Origin: Methanomassiliicoccaceae archaeon
GTDB taxonomy: Archaea > Thermoplasmatota > Thermoplasmata > Methanomassiliicoccales > Methanomassiliicoccaceae
Assembly (NCBI GenBank): GCA_963728405.1
Contig: CAVSJV010000004.1
Coordinates: 32,001 to 96,000 of the forward strand
Length of the DNA stretch: 64,000 nucleotides
Reading direction: 5' to 3'
Position numbers and translations under genes: made by a program. Positions within the stretch are counted from its first letter, which is position 1. Each line of letters opens with the position of its first letter. The notes below the pieces were generated by a model. That model saw nothing but the letters and a program-made list of their open reading frames with translations. It did not search any database and was not told the DNA's origin. Below, in pieces: positions 43,338 to 55,007 of this stretch.

Positions 43338-43937
43338 ATTTTAACACCATGATAAACTAATTCCTTAGAGTTAAAGCGGATTTCAATTCTTCTGCACTTT
43401 GGGCAAGGTCAATAAGAGAAATAAATACTCCTATCTCTGAGAATCTTCAATACAAAGGACCATGCGACCCCATTAGAGGGTCTCGTTTTGATATCTGCCA
43501 TTGACGATGAAATAGTTTTTCGGAGGTCCCTACATTTCCACTATCTTGATTTTGCACATTATGGGCCACCTAATTCCTTTCCAACTAGGTGGTCGGGCGA
43601 GGTGGGCTGCTCCACTATCGAAGATTCTTGCTTCAACCAACCAACTTGCAGCAAATTTCAATGGCCGGGTTGACCCCGATCATCACCAGGATCCCGGCGT
43701 CCCCATTCTCGCTCAATGGAGAGATGATGACAATAGATGATGATAATACGTTGAGGTGGTCACAACCATATTGATCGGATTTCTCGTGGCCTGATCCGCA
43801 GGTCGGCGGATTCGCCCTTTGGTTCATGACATTTCTCCCATCATTCGTTTGGCTCATTGATAAGTCCGGCCTTGGAATGCCATGGTTCCTTGGCCCAGTA
43901 TGCCTGATCGCCGCCCTCGAGCTGCTGGCATGGCAGG

Positions 43938-44000
43938 GCATATGACCTCACCAAACTATACAACGCAGCGATACGACAGACTGCCCTTGCTCCGCGGTAG
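43938..44000 (+). pseudogene. C-terminal remnant of a paralogue of the 44086 membrane protein
   Basis: AYDLTKLYNAAIRQTALAPR* resembles AYNKANQYNAAVQQTGRAPW*. Confidence 0.55.
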
Positions 44001-44085
44001 CGCTTAATATTTTTATTCCATCTTTTTTTCCAGTAAATATATTTAACCAACAGTCGTTGTCGGCCATAACTCAGAAGGAGATTAA

Positions 44086-44526
44086 ATGTTCTGTCCCAAC
44101 TGTGGAAAGGATTCAGCACCGGGCGCCAAGTTCTGCGAGAGTTGCGGAACTGTCCTGCCGGCAGGCCAGCAGGCCACTCCTATGGATCAGCAATATGCCC
44201 AGGCGCCTCCACCATATCAGGCCGCACCCCAATACCAGGGAGCGCCTCCCTATGGTCAGCCGATGTATGCTCCCATGCCCCTGAAGAACGCGGGTCTAGC
44301 GGCCATCCTTGCCTTGATAATCCCCGGGGCGGGCCATATCTACCTCGGCCGGATAGGCGAGGGACTGATGTACTTGATCGTGTGCATCGTTCTGGGCGTC
44401 CTGTTCTTCCTACTGGTAACCATTGTCGTTCTGTTGATCCTATGGGTCTGGCAGATCTACGATGCCTATAATAAGGCGAACCAGTACAACGCGGCAGTCC
44501 AACAGACCGGGCGCGCACCCTGGTAA
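44086..44526 (+). CDS. Zinc-ribbon plus TM2-like membrane protein
   Basis: MFCPNCG...FCESCG, Pro/Gln-rich linker, KNAGLAAIL..IPGAGHIY. Confidence 0.85.
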   Translation: MFCPNCGKDSAPGAKFCESCGTVLPAGQQATPMDQQYAQAPPPYQAAPQYQGAPPYGQPMYAPMPLKNAGLAAILALIIPGAGHIYLGRIGEGLMYLIVCIVLGVLFFLLVTIVVLLILWVWQIYDAYNKANQYNAAVQQTGRAPW

Positions 44527-44683
44527 ACACCTTCATCGATCGTTCTTTTTAATTTCCAATTTTTTTATATTTGTACACCGCTCCACGAAGTTAGAGATCG
44601 AGCAGGTACTGCCCAAGGCGCAGCACCTAGATAGCAGATGGTTCTTCGTTCTGTAGCTCCTGCGGCGTTAACCTAACTCAAAC

Positions 44684-44840
44684 GCCATCGCCTGCCTACC
44701 CAGGCACCGCCCCGTATGGCAACTTCGTTTACCGGCGGAAGAGCGAGGGATTGGCATTACTGCTGGCCATCTTGTTACCGGGGCCGGACAGCTCCACGCT
44801 GGAAAGATCGTCAAAGGGATCACCGTAATGCTCACGTTCT
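44684..44840 (+). pseudogene. Degenerate fragment of another TM2-like paralogue
   Basis: YPGTAPYG...RKSEGLALLLAILLP/GAGQLHAGKIVKGI with a frameshift. Confidence 0.5.
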
Positions 44841-44879
44841 CTTACCATGGCCCCCAATACCAATCTAATCGTTTTCACG

Positions 44880-45201
44880 GTCATCATGGCCACGCCCATA
44901 TTACAGGTCCGGGTGTCATCGCCACCGCTATCATCTGAGCGTGCGGTACGATCCGGTCACCACCCTACTGGCGGGGAGCTTCTCGCTCCTAATAACTTGG
45001 GTCCTCCTCAGGAACGCGTCCCGGGTGGTCAAGTTGGTGGGTACGCAGATCATCGACATCTTCTCCAAGGTGGTCGGTCTCCTGATAGCGGCCATGGCCA
45101 TCGAGTACATCTTCAAAGGCGCCAACGACTGGTTCAACCCCACCGGCCAGGCCTCCTCCCTCATCGAGCCAGTGGTCCATGCGTTGATCGGCCTCCTGTG
45201 A
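44880..45201 (+). pseudogene. MarC-family membrane protein, C-terminal half only
   Basis: ATPI(L)TGPGVIATAI and KVVGLLIAAMAIEYIFKG; N-terminal half not found. Confidence 0.6.
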
Positions 45202-45229
45202 CCAAAACCATTTTAACCGCCCTTAATTC

Positions 45230-46162
45230 TTGAGTGCCGTGGTCCAGTGCAGCAAGTGCGGCCGTGACGCGGTCACCTTCATCCGATACAATGGCAGTCA
45301 CCTCTGTTCATCTCATTTTCAGGAGTATGTCGAACATGTCGGGTCAAGAGGGAGCTGCGCGATCAAGTGGACCTGTCGACCATCAAGCATATCGCGGTCG
45401 CCATTTCTGGAGGCAAGGACAGCTGCGCAGCATTGCTGCTCGTCCATGACATCTTGGGCGAGCGCCGGGACGTGACCATCTCAGCAATCACTGTAGATGA
45501 GGGCATCGCCGGGTATCGACCAGAGGCACTGGAGAAAGCTCGCCGCTTCTCAGCCGAGCTGGGGATCGAACATCACGTGGTCTCCTTCCTCGATCTCATC
45601 GGAACGACCATGGACCGGGCGGTCCGGGACCTAGGACAGAGAACGCCCTGCGCCTATTGCGGGGTGTTCCGACGACAGTGCATGAACCAGAAGGCCCGGG
45701 AGATCGGGGCCCAGGCGCTCGCCACCGGCCACAATCTCGATGATATCGCCCAGGCGGTGCTGATGAACTTCACCCGGGGGGACTGTCGAGCGTCTCGCCC
45801 GCATGGGGCCGCATAACAAAGTCCAGCCCGGCCTGGTGCCGAGGATCATACCGCTGCGCCAGATACCAGAGAAAGAGACATACCTGTACGCACTGCTACG
45901 GGACCTGGACTTCACCGATTCGACCTGCCCATACTGGGAAGCGGCGCTGCGCAACGAGTACCGGGACATCATAGACAATATGGAGGCGCGATCGCCGGGA
46001 ACGAAGCATTCCATCCTCGCCAGCTACGATGCCGTTCGGCCCTTGCTCCAGCAGCGGTATCCCCAGACCGACCTCCGCCTATGCGGGTGTGGAGAACCAT
46101 CGCCAAGGGGCAAGTGCATGGCCTGCACTATGCTGGAAGAGATGAAGAAAAGGAAGGGGTAA
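45230..46162 (+). CDS. tRNA thiolation PP-loop ATPase (TtuA/NcsA, TIGR00269-like); frameshifts near 45335 and 45783
   Basis: N-terminal CSKC, SGGKDS, CAYCGVFRR, TGHNLDD, CPY, C-terminal Cys cluster. Confidence 0.88.
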
Positions 46163-46181
46163 GGGGTTTCTAAAAAGGGTT

Positions 46182-47459
46182 TCAGAGAAGTTCGTGGTAC
46201 TCGTAGGCCTCGGCGCCCTCGCCCAGGCAGTACTGCACCTTGGTGAAGTCCTTCTTGAGCTCCCAGACGTCCTTCTTGACCTCTTCTGGTTTCTCCTTCT
46301 TCACGACCACACGGTAGATGAGCCGGGCGACCTCTTCCATCTCACCCTTTTCCATGCCCAGCCGGGTCAGTTCTTGGGTGCCCAGGCGAATGCCTGATGG
46401 CTTCACCGCACTGGTATCGCCCGGCAGCATGTTCTTGTTGGTTATGATGTTGGCCTTCTCGAGGTCGAGAGCGGCCTGCGCGCCGCCGCCGTACTTCGAA
46501 ACGTTCACGGCCAGGGTGTGCGACTCGGTGAAGCCGAGGTGGGGGCACATGACATCGATGCCCATCTCATGGAGCGCACTGCCCAGGGCCTTGGCGTTCT
46601 TGATCACCTGGCCGGCATACTTCTTGCCGTAGATCTCGAACTCGGCCATGGTGACCGCCAGAGCGGCCATGGAATGGAGGTGATGAGAGGATGTCACACC
46701 CGGGAATACGGCCTTCTGAAGCTTACTCTCGATGTCCTCGCTGATCTTGTCGCCGATGATGATGCCGTGATTGGGTCCAGGGAAGGTCTTGTGCGTGCTG
46801 GCGGAGATAACATGTACGCCCTCCCTCAAGGGGTCCTGGAACTTACCGCCGGCGATCAGGCCGAGGACGTGAGCCGCGTCGTACCATACGATGCTGCCCG
46901 CTTCCTGTAAGGCATCTTGGATCTCCTTGATGGGGGTGGGGAACAGGAAGACCGATAGACCGAATTGGGCGACCTTGGGCTTCTCCCGGATAAGGAACTT
47001 CCTAGTGGCATCGACATCAAGGTTCCAGTTCTTGTAGTCCCACGGGTAGTGGACCGGGTTTAGGCCACGTAGGCCGACCGCACCGAAGGGGGCTGTCGAG
47101 ATGTGCGCGCCCGAAGCGAGCTCGGGGGTGGAGATCTTGTCGCCAGGCTTGGTGAGGGCGAACAGGATCGCGATATTGGCCACGGTGCCGGAGGTCGGCC
47201 GGACGTCGACGAACTGGGCCTTGAATATCTTCCTGGCGAGCTCGAGACATTTGAGCTCGACCTTGTCCACATATATGTTGCCCTGATAGTACCTTTTGCC
47301 CGGGAGACCCTCGGCGTACCGATCGTGGAAGTCCGAGATCATCATCTCTTTGGCCAGGGGGCTCATGAGATTCTCGGAGGCGATCATGGGAAGGGACTCC
47401 TTGAACCAATCAGTGTGCGCTTTTACCTGGTCTCTAATCCAGTAAGCATCCTCTTTCAT
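46182..47459 (-). CDS. glyA: Serine hydroxymethyltransferase
   Basis: IASEN, YAEG, DAAH, STHKTFPGP, SGIRLG. Confidence 0.96.
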   Translation of the reverse strand: MKEDAYWIRDQVKAHTDWFKESLPMIASENLMSPLAKEMMISDFHDRYAEGLPGKRYYQGNIYVDKVELKCLELARKIFKAQFVDVRPTSGTVANIAILFALTKPGDKISTPELASGAHISTAPFGAVGLRGLNPVHYPWDYKNWNLDVDATRKFLIREKPKVAQFGLSVFLFPTPIKEIQDALQEAGSIVWYDAAHVLGLIAGGKFQDPLREGVHVISASTHKTFPGPNHGIIIGDKISEDIESKLQKAVFPGVTSSHHLHSMAALAVTMAEFEIYGKKYAGQVIKNAKALGSALHEMGIDVMCPHLGFTESHTLAVNVSKYGGGAQAALDLEKANIITNKNMLPGDTSAVKPSGIRLGTQELTRLGMEKGEMEEVARLIYRVVVKKEKPEEVKKDVWELKKDFTKVQYCLGEGAEAYEYHELL

Positions 47460-47994
47460 GAAAGTTACCAACTCGCAATAAGGAAACTTATAAAAATAAG
47501 TGTTGTCGAACCGCACGAACTGTGAAAAACCCTAGCGTTCCCTCAACATCGAGCCTCGAACAATAGACTTCTTCTCTCCTTTTCTATATGGCCAGGACTT
47601 TTGCAGCGTTTGGTGCTAGACTATAACATTTATGGCCGCTGGCCTCGAACATCGAGGCCGTGGACATCTCCATCTCCTCCTTCCCCCTCCTCGGCATGCT
47701 GGATAAGCATCGAACCTACTTTAGAAAGGCTCAGTTCAAGCATCCGATCAACTTTGTGGTCGGCCTCATGCTTCAACGACAGGGGCGGTAAGCACATCGA
47801 CCGTCATGGTTACGGCCACTGGAAGCACTAAGGATTCGCTCGAGATCGCCTGGTTCGTTAGGCTACAAGAACGATTCGATAATGTTCAATATTTGCCGAA
47901 CTAACTCCACCATTGATGTTCATGGCGCGACACTCGTCCTTGGAAGGTAAAATGCAAGTTGATGTGCGCACATGATGGATTTGGAGGTTAGCGA

Positions 47995-48906
47995 TTGAAG
48001 GACGACTATCTGGATAAAGAGCTAATGGAGCGCTTACAGGTCCCGCCGGGGAAGAAGGTAAAGCTAGACGATTACGACACAGGCTGGGCCCAGAACGAGG
48101 GGATGAAGGAGGAGGGAAAGGAAGGCATAAAAAAAGAAGCCAGAGAGCTATTGGATAAAAACATCAAAGAGCTGGCAGATGCCCAAGAACTGCTGTGGGC
48201 CAGCGATTCCTATTCCTTGCTTATAGTGCTGCAGGGCATGGATGCCGCAGGCAAGGACGGGACCATCAAGCACGTCATGTCCGGCATAAACCCGCAGGGA
48301 TGTCACGTTGTTAGCTTCGGGCCCCCCTCCCAGGAGGACCTGGCTCACGACTATTTGTGGAGGGTGGTCAAAGCTCTCCCAGAGCGGGGGCGCATCGGGA
48401 TTTTTAACCGTTCTCATTACGAGGAGGTGCTGGTGGTCCGGGTCCACCCCGAACTTCTGAAAGCCGAGAACATCACCAGAGGCAAGATTGACCAACAGGT
48501 GTGGAAGGACCGCTACCAGGACATCAACGATTTCGAGCACCACCTCGTTCGGAACGGCACATTGGTGCTCAAGTTCTTCCTGCACATCTCCAAGGAGGAG
48601 CAGAGGCGCCGGTTCCTGGAACGCTTGGAAGATCCCGAGAAACAATGGAAGTTCACTTCCTCGGACATCAACGAGCGTGCGTTCTGGGACGATTACCAGA
48701 AAGCGTACCAAGATGCGATCGGGGCGACCTCAACGCCGTGGGCGCCGTGGCACATCATTCCCGCCGATTACAAATGGGTAGCCCGAACTCTAGTGGCCGA
48801 GATAGTGACCTCTCGGATCAGGTCCCTGGACCTGGAATATCCTAAGCCCACCAAGGAGGAGCTGAAATTGTTGGAGAACGCGAAGGAGAAGTTGAAAACG
48901 GAATGA
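47995..48906 (+). CDS. ppk2: Polyphosphate kinase 2 family (class III-like)
   Basis: QGMDAAGKDG, IFNRSHYE, KFFLHISKEEQ, PWHIIPADYKW. Confidence 0.93.
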   Translation: MKDDYLDKELMERLQVPPGKKVKLDDYDTGWAQNEGMKEEGKEGIKKEARELLDKNIKELADAQELLWASDSYSLLIVLQGMDAAGKDGTIKHVMSGINPQGCHVVSFGPPSQEDLAHDYLWRVVKALPERGRIGIFNRSHYEEVLVVRVHPELLKAENITRGKIDQQVWKDRYQDINDFEHHLVRNGTLVLKFFLHISKEEQRRRFLERLEDPEKQWKFTSSDINERAFWDDYQKAYQDAIGATSTPWAPWHIIPADYKWVARTLVAEIVTSRIRSLDLEYPKPTKEELKLLENAKEKLKTE

Positions 48907-48970
48907 ATGAGAACTCGGTACCCAGGGAGAGGTCCTTTCAAGATTCTATGAGCCCGTGGGTATCGTTCGG

Positions 48971-50253
48971 TCATCCCATCGTCGACCATCGGAGGAACCA
49001 TTTACGGACCGCCCACAAGGCCAGACCCATAATGATCACTCCGGCACCAAGAAATATGGCGTCGGGTGAGATGAGGAAGGCCATCAGGAGCAGTAGCACG
49101 CAGGATAGGGATCCAAAGACTGGAACGAACTTCGGATACTTTCGATAGGTCGTCTTCAAACGAAAGGCAGAGATGTTGGCGAACATGTAATAGAACAGCT
49201 GGGCGAACATGTTCCTATGGTGACAACGCTGACCAGATCTACGAATAGGACCAGGATAACAATGAACGCCCCGGTCAACACAACGGCATAAGAGGGAGTG
49301 CCATATCGTGGATGAACTCGGGCCATCGCCTTGGGGAGGTCCCCCTGGCGAGCCATAGCATACTCCATCCTGGAAACACCGAGGATGGTGGTGATGAGAA
49401 CGCTCGCTGTAGCCAGCACCCCGCCGATGGAAATAAGGAGCACAGCGAACTCGCTTCCAGTGATGCTCATAGCATGAGAGAGGGGTGAACTCGATGAGGA
49501 CAGACCGGGACCGCCCACTAGGCCGACCGCCACTAGGGCGATCAGGATGTAGAAGACGGTCGAGATGGCCAGCGACCACAGGATGGCCTTCGGCACGTTC
49601 TTTTTTGGCTCCTTGACCTCAGCCGCTATCACCGTGACCCGCGCGAACCCGCCGAAGGCGAAGAATATGTAGTAGGCACCCACGAACGTCCCTGTGCTCA
49701 AAGGTTGAAAGGGCTGAAAATTTGCCAGGTTAATGAACATTAGACCAAAAACGATGAAAAAGGACAATAGGATCATCTTGGCAAGTACGATGGCGTTGTT
49801 GAGCTCGGCAGTGTGGCTCGCCCCGTAATAGTTCATGACCGTGAAGATGATGCAGATCGCCGCGGCGACGATGGGGACACTTAGCCCCGGAAATATCACT
49901 GCCAGATAGTAGGCGAAGCTGAGAGCTACCGCTGCCCCTATCAATGTATTGGATAGTGACCACATCCATCCCGAAAGAAAACCGGCCAAGGGGGAGATGA
50001 GCTTGCCGGCATAGTCGTAAACACCACCCTCTCGGGGATCCCATATGGTCAGCTCGATCAGGCTCAAGGCAGTTACAGATGACACAGCAGCAGCTAGGAC
50101 GATGGAGATGACGATCGCTGAGCCCGCATAGCCGGCGGAAATGCCTGTGACCACGAAGATGCCCGATCCAATGATGGCTCCGATGTTGATCGCTATCGCG
50201 TCCACTAGGCTGAGCGAAGGCGTCAGGCCCGGGATCGCCCTGAGCTTAGGCAT
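48971..50253 (-). CDS. APC-family amino acid permease (frameshift near 49215)
   Basis: IGAIIGSGIF, GGVY, FFAFGGF, EVKEP, HPRYGTP; multiple TM helices. Confidence 0.9.
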
Positions 50254-50671
50254 CGAAAATCATTAATCCAGTAGCTCCATTATGTATGTGTGCATCCAGT
50301 GCTCGGGCTGACATCTTTGATCGCAGATCTCCCAATGGAACCAGAGACCTGATAGTAGGGCGCCACCCCAGATATCTGATCGGCGAAGCAATGGAGCAAG
50401 TTGTAGGGACAGTCATGGAGCGGGGGTTTTGTACCGATACTGTCGGCCTCTGCGACGAACACCCGACCCGCGATCCGATCGTCGACATTTCGACACCCCA
50501 TGCTTTGATCGCATCTCTGTACTTCCTCCGATCTACAGGTAGCTTTGGTAAGCAAATTAAGCACACTATGAGGGGACGACCCCCTGTGACTTTAATCTGG
50601 TCAATGATGTATTTCCTCATGTAAACTAACCGTGATTGATATGTATGGGTTAATGAGAAGGAATACGATGG

Positions 50672-53203
50672 ATGGTTTCGGCAAAAAATGCGTCTGTTCA
50701 ACAGAGTGGAGAGTCAGTTCAGGGCTCGATCCAAGATTATGAAAAAATGGGTATCGCCGAAACATTTGCCAAACTATCCAGCAGTGAAAAAGGATTGACA
50801 GACGCGGAGGCCCACGAACGCGTGAAGCGGTTCGGCTACAATGAGCTCTTAGAGAAAAAGGTCAATCCAATACTTAAGTTCCTGAGCTACTTCTGGGGGC
50901 CCATACCCATCATGATCATGATCGCGGTAGTACTGTCCGCGATCATCGGCCACTGGGAGGATTTCTTCATCATCCTGGCGCTGCTGTTCTCGAACGCCAT
51001 CGTCGGTTTTTATCAGGAGAGGAAAGCGGATAACGCCATCGAGCTGCTGAAGCAGAGGCTCGCTCCGGAGGCCCGGGCGTTCCGCGATGGTAAATGGGTC
51101 CAGATACCTGCAAAAGAGCTTGTCCCGGGTGACGTCGTCCGCGTGCGCCTCGGCGACATCGTTCCTGCGGACATAAAGCTCTTCAAAGGCAAGTATCTCG
51201 AGGTGGACCAATCTGCGCTCACCGGCGAGTCGCTGCCAGTGGAGAAGGCCGAGAACGATGTAAGTTATTCCGGCTCGTTGATCAGAAAGGGCGAGATGGA
51301 TGCCATAGTTGTCACAACTGGAATGAACACATACTTCGGAAAAACTACGAAGTTAGTCGGAGAAGCAAAGGCGGCCAGTCACTTCCAGCGCAATGTGGTG
51401 AAGATCGGTGACTACCTGATCGTCATCGACGTCGTCCTGGTCGCTTTGGTCCTCATCACCGCCATCCTGCGCCACCAAAGTCTCTTGGACACTTTACAGT
51501 TCGCCCTGGTCCTCACCATTGCCGCCATCCCGGTGGCGCTGCCCGCGGTGCTCTCGGTGACCATGGCCATAGGGGCGATCGTCCTGGCGAAGAAGGAAGC
51601 GATCGTCAGCAAGCTCGTGGCCATCGAAGAGATGGCGGGCATGGACATCCTTTGCTCGGACAAGACCGGCACCATAACACAGAACAAACTGACCTTGGCC
51701 AAGGTCATTGGTTATGGTGATACCAGCGAAGCGGAGGTCATGCTGAATGCCGCCCTCGCTTCCCGAGCCGAGGACAAGGATCCCATCGATAGTGCCATTC
51801 TCCAGAGCATCGATTCAATGGGTGAAGTTAAGGAACAGGTCAGCAGCTACGAGATCAAAGAGTTCGTTCCGTTCGATCCGGTTATCAAACGCACCGAGGC
51901 TCAGGTCGTAAGCAAGAGTGGGGAGTTTCGCGTGACCAAGGGCGCGCCCCAGATCATTCTAGGCATGGTGGAGAACAAGGAAGACCTTGGCACCCAGGTC
52001 CAGAAAAACGTCCAGGACCTAGCCTCGATGGGATATCGGGCCTTGGGAGTTGCACGCCGAGAAAAGGACGGATGGCGATTACTGGGAGTCATTGGCCTGC
52101 ACGATCCCCCGCGCTCCGATTCTTCTGTAACGATCCGTAAGGCACAGCAGATGGGGCTTGAAGTAAAGATGGTTACTGGAGACCATTCCGCCATCGCCAA
52201 GGAGATCGCCCAAGAGGTCGGTCTGAGCACCGATATCGTACCATCAGAGTCGTTCGTTAACATGCCGGAAAAGCAGGCTGCCGATGTGGTGGAAAAGGCC
52301 GGTGGCTTCGCCGAGGTCTTTCCTGAGCACAAGTACCGAATCGTTCAACTGCTACAGGGAAAGGGTCACATAGTCGGCATGACCGGAGATGGGGTCAACG
52401 ACGCTCCAGCGTTGAAGAAAGCGGATGCCGGGATCGCGGTGGAAGGTGCTACGGACGCCGCCAAGTCGGCCGCGGACATCGTTCTGACCCGTCCCGGCCT
52501 AGGTGTGGTCATCGACGCCATAATCGAAAGCAGGAAGATATTTCAAAGAATGATCAATTACTCGATCTACCGCATATCGGAGACTATCCGGGTGCTATTC
52601 TTCATCACTTTATCCATTCTCGTATTCCAGTTCTACCCCATAACCGCCTTGATGATCGTTCTTCTTGCTCTATTGAACGATCTGCCCATTCTGACCATCG
52701 CCTTCGATAATGTCCTTTACTCTGCAAAACCGGAGAAATGGGACATGCGCACCCTCCTTCTGGTGGCGATGTACCTCGGGATGATCGGCGTGGTCGAGTC
52801 GTTCATCGTCCTCTACATCGGACTGAACGTGTTCCACCTGGACCAGGCATCGCTCCAATCGTTCATCTATCTAAAGCTCTCAGTGGGCGGGCACCTCGTA
52901 CTGTTAGTTGCTCGTACCAAAGGGCATTTTTGGTCAGTGAGGCCAGCACCCCAGTTGCTGTGGGCGATAATCTTGACCCAGACCACTGCCACCCTCCTGG
53001 TGATATTTGGAATATTGCTGCCTCAACTGGGTCTCGTCTACGTCGCGTTCATCTGGGTCGAAGGTCTGCTAGTGTTCATCATCACAGATTTCCTCAAGGT
53101 GGGCCTATACGACATCCTGATCAAGAGAGGAGTGGTGGCACAAGGAATATCCGCTCCGGAGGATGGGGGCACGCCCAAGGGGGAGCCAACCCCCTCCAAG
53201 TGA
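50672..53203 (+). CDS. P-type (P3A) proton-efflux ATPase
   Basis: DQSALTGES, IPVALP, CSDKTGT, DPID, KGAPQ, TGDGVNDAP, LLND. Confidence 0.93.
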   Translation: MVSAKNASVQQSGESVQGSIQDYEKMGIAETFAKLSSSEKGLTDAEAHERVKRFGYNELLEKKVNPILKFLSYFWGPIPIMIMIAVVLSAIIGHWEDFFIILALLFSNAIVGFYQERKADNAIELLKQRLAPEARAFRDGKWVQIPAKELVPGDVVRVRLGDIVPADIKLFKGKYLEVDQSALTGESLPVEKAENDVSYSGSLIRKGEMDAIVVTTGMNTYFGKTTKLVGEAKAASHFQRNVVKIGDYLIVIDVVLVALVLITAILRHQSLLDTLQFALVLTIAAIPVALPAVLSVTMAIGAIVLAKKEAIVSKLVAIEEMAGMDILCSDKTGTITQNKLTLAKVIGYGDTSEAEVMLNAALASRAEDKDPIDSAILQSIDSMGEVKEQVSSYEIKEFVPFDPVIKRTEAQVVSKSGEFRVTKGAPQIILGMVENKEDLGTQVQKNVQDLASMGYRALGVARREKDGWRLLGVIGLHDPPRSDSSVTIRKAQQMGLEVKMVTGDHSAIAKEIAQEVGLSTDIVPSESFVNMPEKQAADVVEKAGGFAEVFPEHKYRIVQLLQGKGHIVGMTGDGVNDAPALKKADAGIAVEGATDAAKSAADIVLTRPGLGVVIDAIIESRKIFQRMINYSIYRISETIRVLFFITLSILVFQFYPITALMIVLLALLNDLPILTIAFDNVLYSAKPEKWDMRTLLLVAMYLGMIGVVESFIVLYIGLNVFHLDQASLQSFIYLKLSVGGHLVLLVARTKGHFWSVRPAPQLLWAIILTQTTATLLVIFGILLPQLGLVYVAFIWVEGLLVFIITDFLKVGLYDILIKRGVVAQGISAPEDGGTPKGEPTPSK

Positions 53204-53286
53204 TAGTGCTCATATGTCGGCAAATTGCTAAGATCGTTGCTAGGGCGGGATAGACTTTTTATCCGTGACCGTCAGAATCCTTTGGC

Positions 53287-53748
53287 ATGTACTATAGAGA
53301 AGGTAGCCGAGAGCGAGAGTTCGAGCCTGAAATTAGTCCGCCACCGATAATACCTCCTCTGATCGAGATCGTTCATCATGCCCTTTTCTTGCGGGCCGAA
53401 GTATTGCAGAAAGAATATCCTGGCACAAGGGTTGAGCAGGAATTTCAGGACGACGAGCCTCGGGGCATTCTTTGGCTAATAGCGGACGATGGCACTGTGA
53501 TTAGGAAAGAGTTCGTGGAAACATCCTTCTCTGCCGACAGGCCGGAGCGGGACGGGGAGTACATCGATGCCGTTCGAAGATTTCGACACATTGCTATCCA
53601 TTATCCTGGTTTGATCATGCCGAAGGAGCATGTTATAAAGCGTATCTCTGACCTGTTGATCAATGCCAGGGCAACTGAGTTACCTGAGGAAGTTACCATA
53701 CAGGGCTTTCTTTATGCCGAAGATGGGAGAACCATCTTGGAGGCATGA
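53287..53748 (+). CDS. Hypothetical protein
   Basis: 153-aa ORF with TATA-like TTTTTAT upstream; no family recognised. Confidence 0.55.
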   Translation: MYYREGSREREFEPEISPPPIIPPLIEIVHHALFLRAEVLQKEYPGTRVEQEFQDDEPRGILWLIADDGTVIRKEFVETSFSADRPERDGEYIDAVRRFRHIAIHYPGLIMPKEHVIKRISDLLINARATELPEEVTIQGFLYAEDGRTILEA

Positions 53749-54105
53749 CAATTCTTTCCCCCCATTTGATTCATACTCCGATTATCGCATAGTCTGCTTT
53801 CTCTAGACTATCCAGGATCGATAGGGCGAGTCATACTGCTGTAAAATGACCTTAGCTCTCGAGGTTTGTGGCCCAATAGCATGACGGCTCGGGATGGTAC
53901 AATATCGGCCTGTCACTTGGGGTGGGCTGAACCTTACATCGACATCAACGTGCCTCGGTTCGGCCATCAGCTACGACCTCGGAGCCAGGCCTCCAGGGCG
54001 CAGACTTAGTAACCACATTAGGTTGCTTCGAGCGCTCGATCATGGACCGTGGCCCCTTGTGCCGTTTCTGATAGGAACTTAGCAGCTCCGAGATAGGCGT
54101 AGCGC

Positions 54106-54528
54106 TCAGGGCACTACGAGCACGGGCACCTCGGAATGCTGAACGGTTCGGGAAGATACGCTCCCCAGGAGGAACTCCTGGACCCCGCTGACGCCCGTGG
54201 CACCGACGACTACGAGGTCATACCCCTTCTTCGATCGGTTTAAGAGCAGTTGGGCCGGATTACCCATCTCCACCACGGTATCAAAGGCAACCTTCTGCTC
54301 ATCCATGATCTTACCGGCCCGATTGAACATCTCGCCAGCGAGTATGTCCTCACTAGGTACGTAGGTTGGCTTGGAGATGAAACGATCGGTATAGATCGAG
54401 TCCGTGGCCACGAACATCAGCGTCACCGTGGCCTCATAGTGCGCGGCCAATTCAGCAGCATAGCCCGCTGCCCTATACGATCCTTCTGAGCCATCGATCC
54501 CTACTAGTATCTTCTTGATTGCAGGCAT
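54106..54528 (-). CDS. Universal stress protein
   Basis: KILVGIDGS, GNPA, DLVVVG, LLGSVS, PVLVV. Confidence 0.92.
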   Translation of the reverse strand: MPAIKKILVGIDGSEGSYRAAGYAAELAAHYEATVTLMFVATDSIYTDRFISKPTYVPSEDILAGEMFNRAGKIMDEQKVAFDTVVEMGNPAQLLLNRSKKGYDLVVVGATGVSGVQEFLLGSVSSRTVQHSEVPVLVVP

Positions 54529-55007
54529 ATTCTCAAGCAATTATTCGAGCAACTATGTTATGAGGTTTATGTTCATTACTCAATATTTGTTCGTAAAAGA
54601 AAGGAGCTTTTATTCTAACCCAAGAAAATTATAATTTTGGCCATACGGGTGCCGTTCTCAGTAAGGTTCTTGTCAAGGCCCTCTGTGCCAGGCAGTACCT
54701 GCATTCCATCCGCTCTCTCAATCGCCTTCTGTTCCCTATTCTATTCTCGCTCACTCCCCTCTCGCAGTCGGGTCTTAATATCCCCTCGGCGAGGCTTAAT
54801 GGGCGGGCCTGTTCGCGAGTATGAGACTTTGCCACCCGTCATGAGATCGGGCAGAGACAGTGGTGCCATCGCTGATGGGACAGGACCCCCTCAGATAGGC
54901 CCTGATCACCCACCTGTGATCCAGCCCCCGATCTTCGGTCATCTCGATCGGATGACCTCCTCCTCGGGAGGGGATCGTTTATTCCATACGATGGCCTGGG
55001 AGCCCGA

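Noticed and set aside
50246-50701. Overlapping short ORFs between the APC permease and the H+-ATPase
   Set aside because: Three conflicting frames with no motifs; treated as divergent promoter or decayed DNA.
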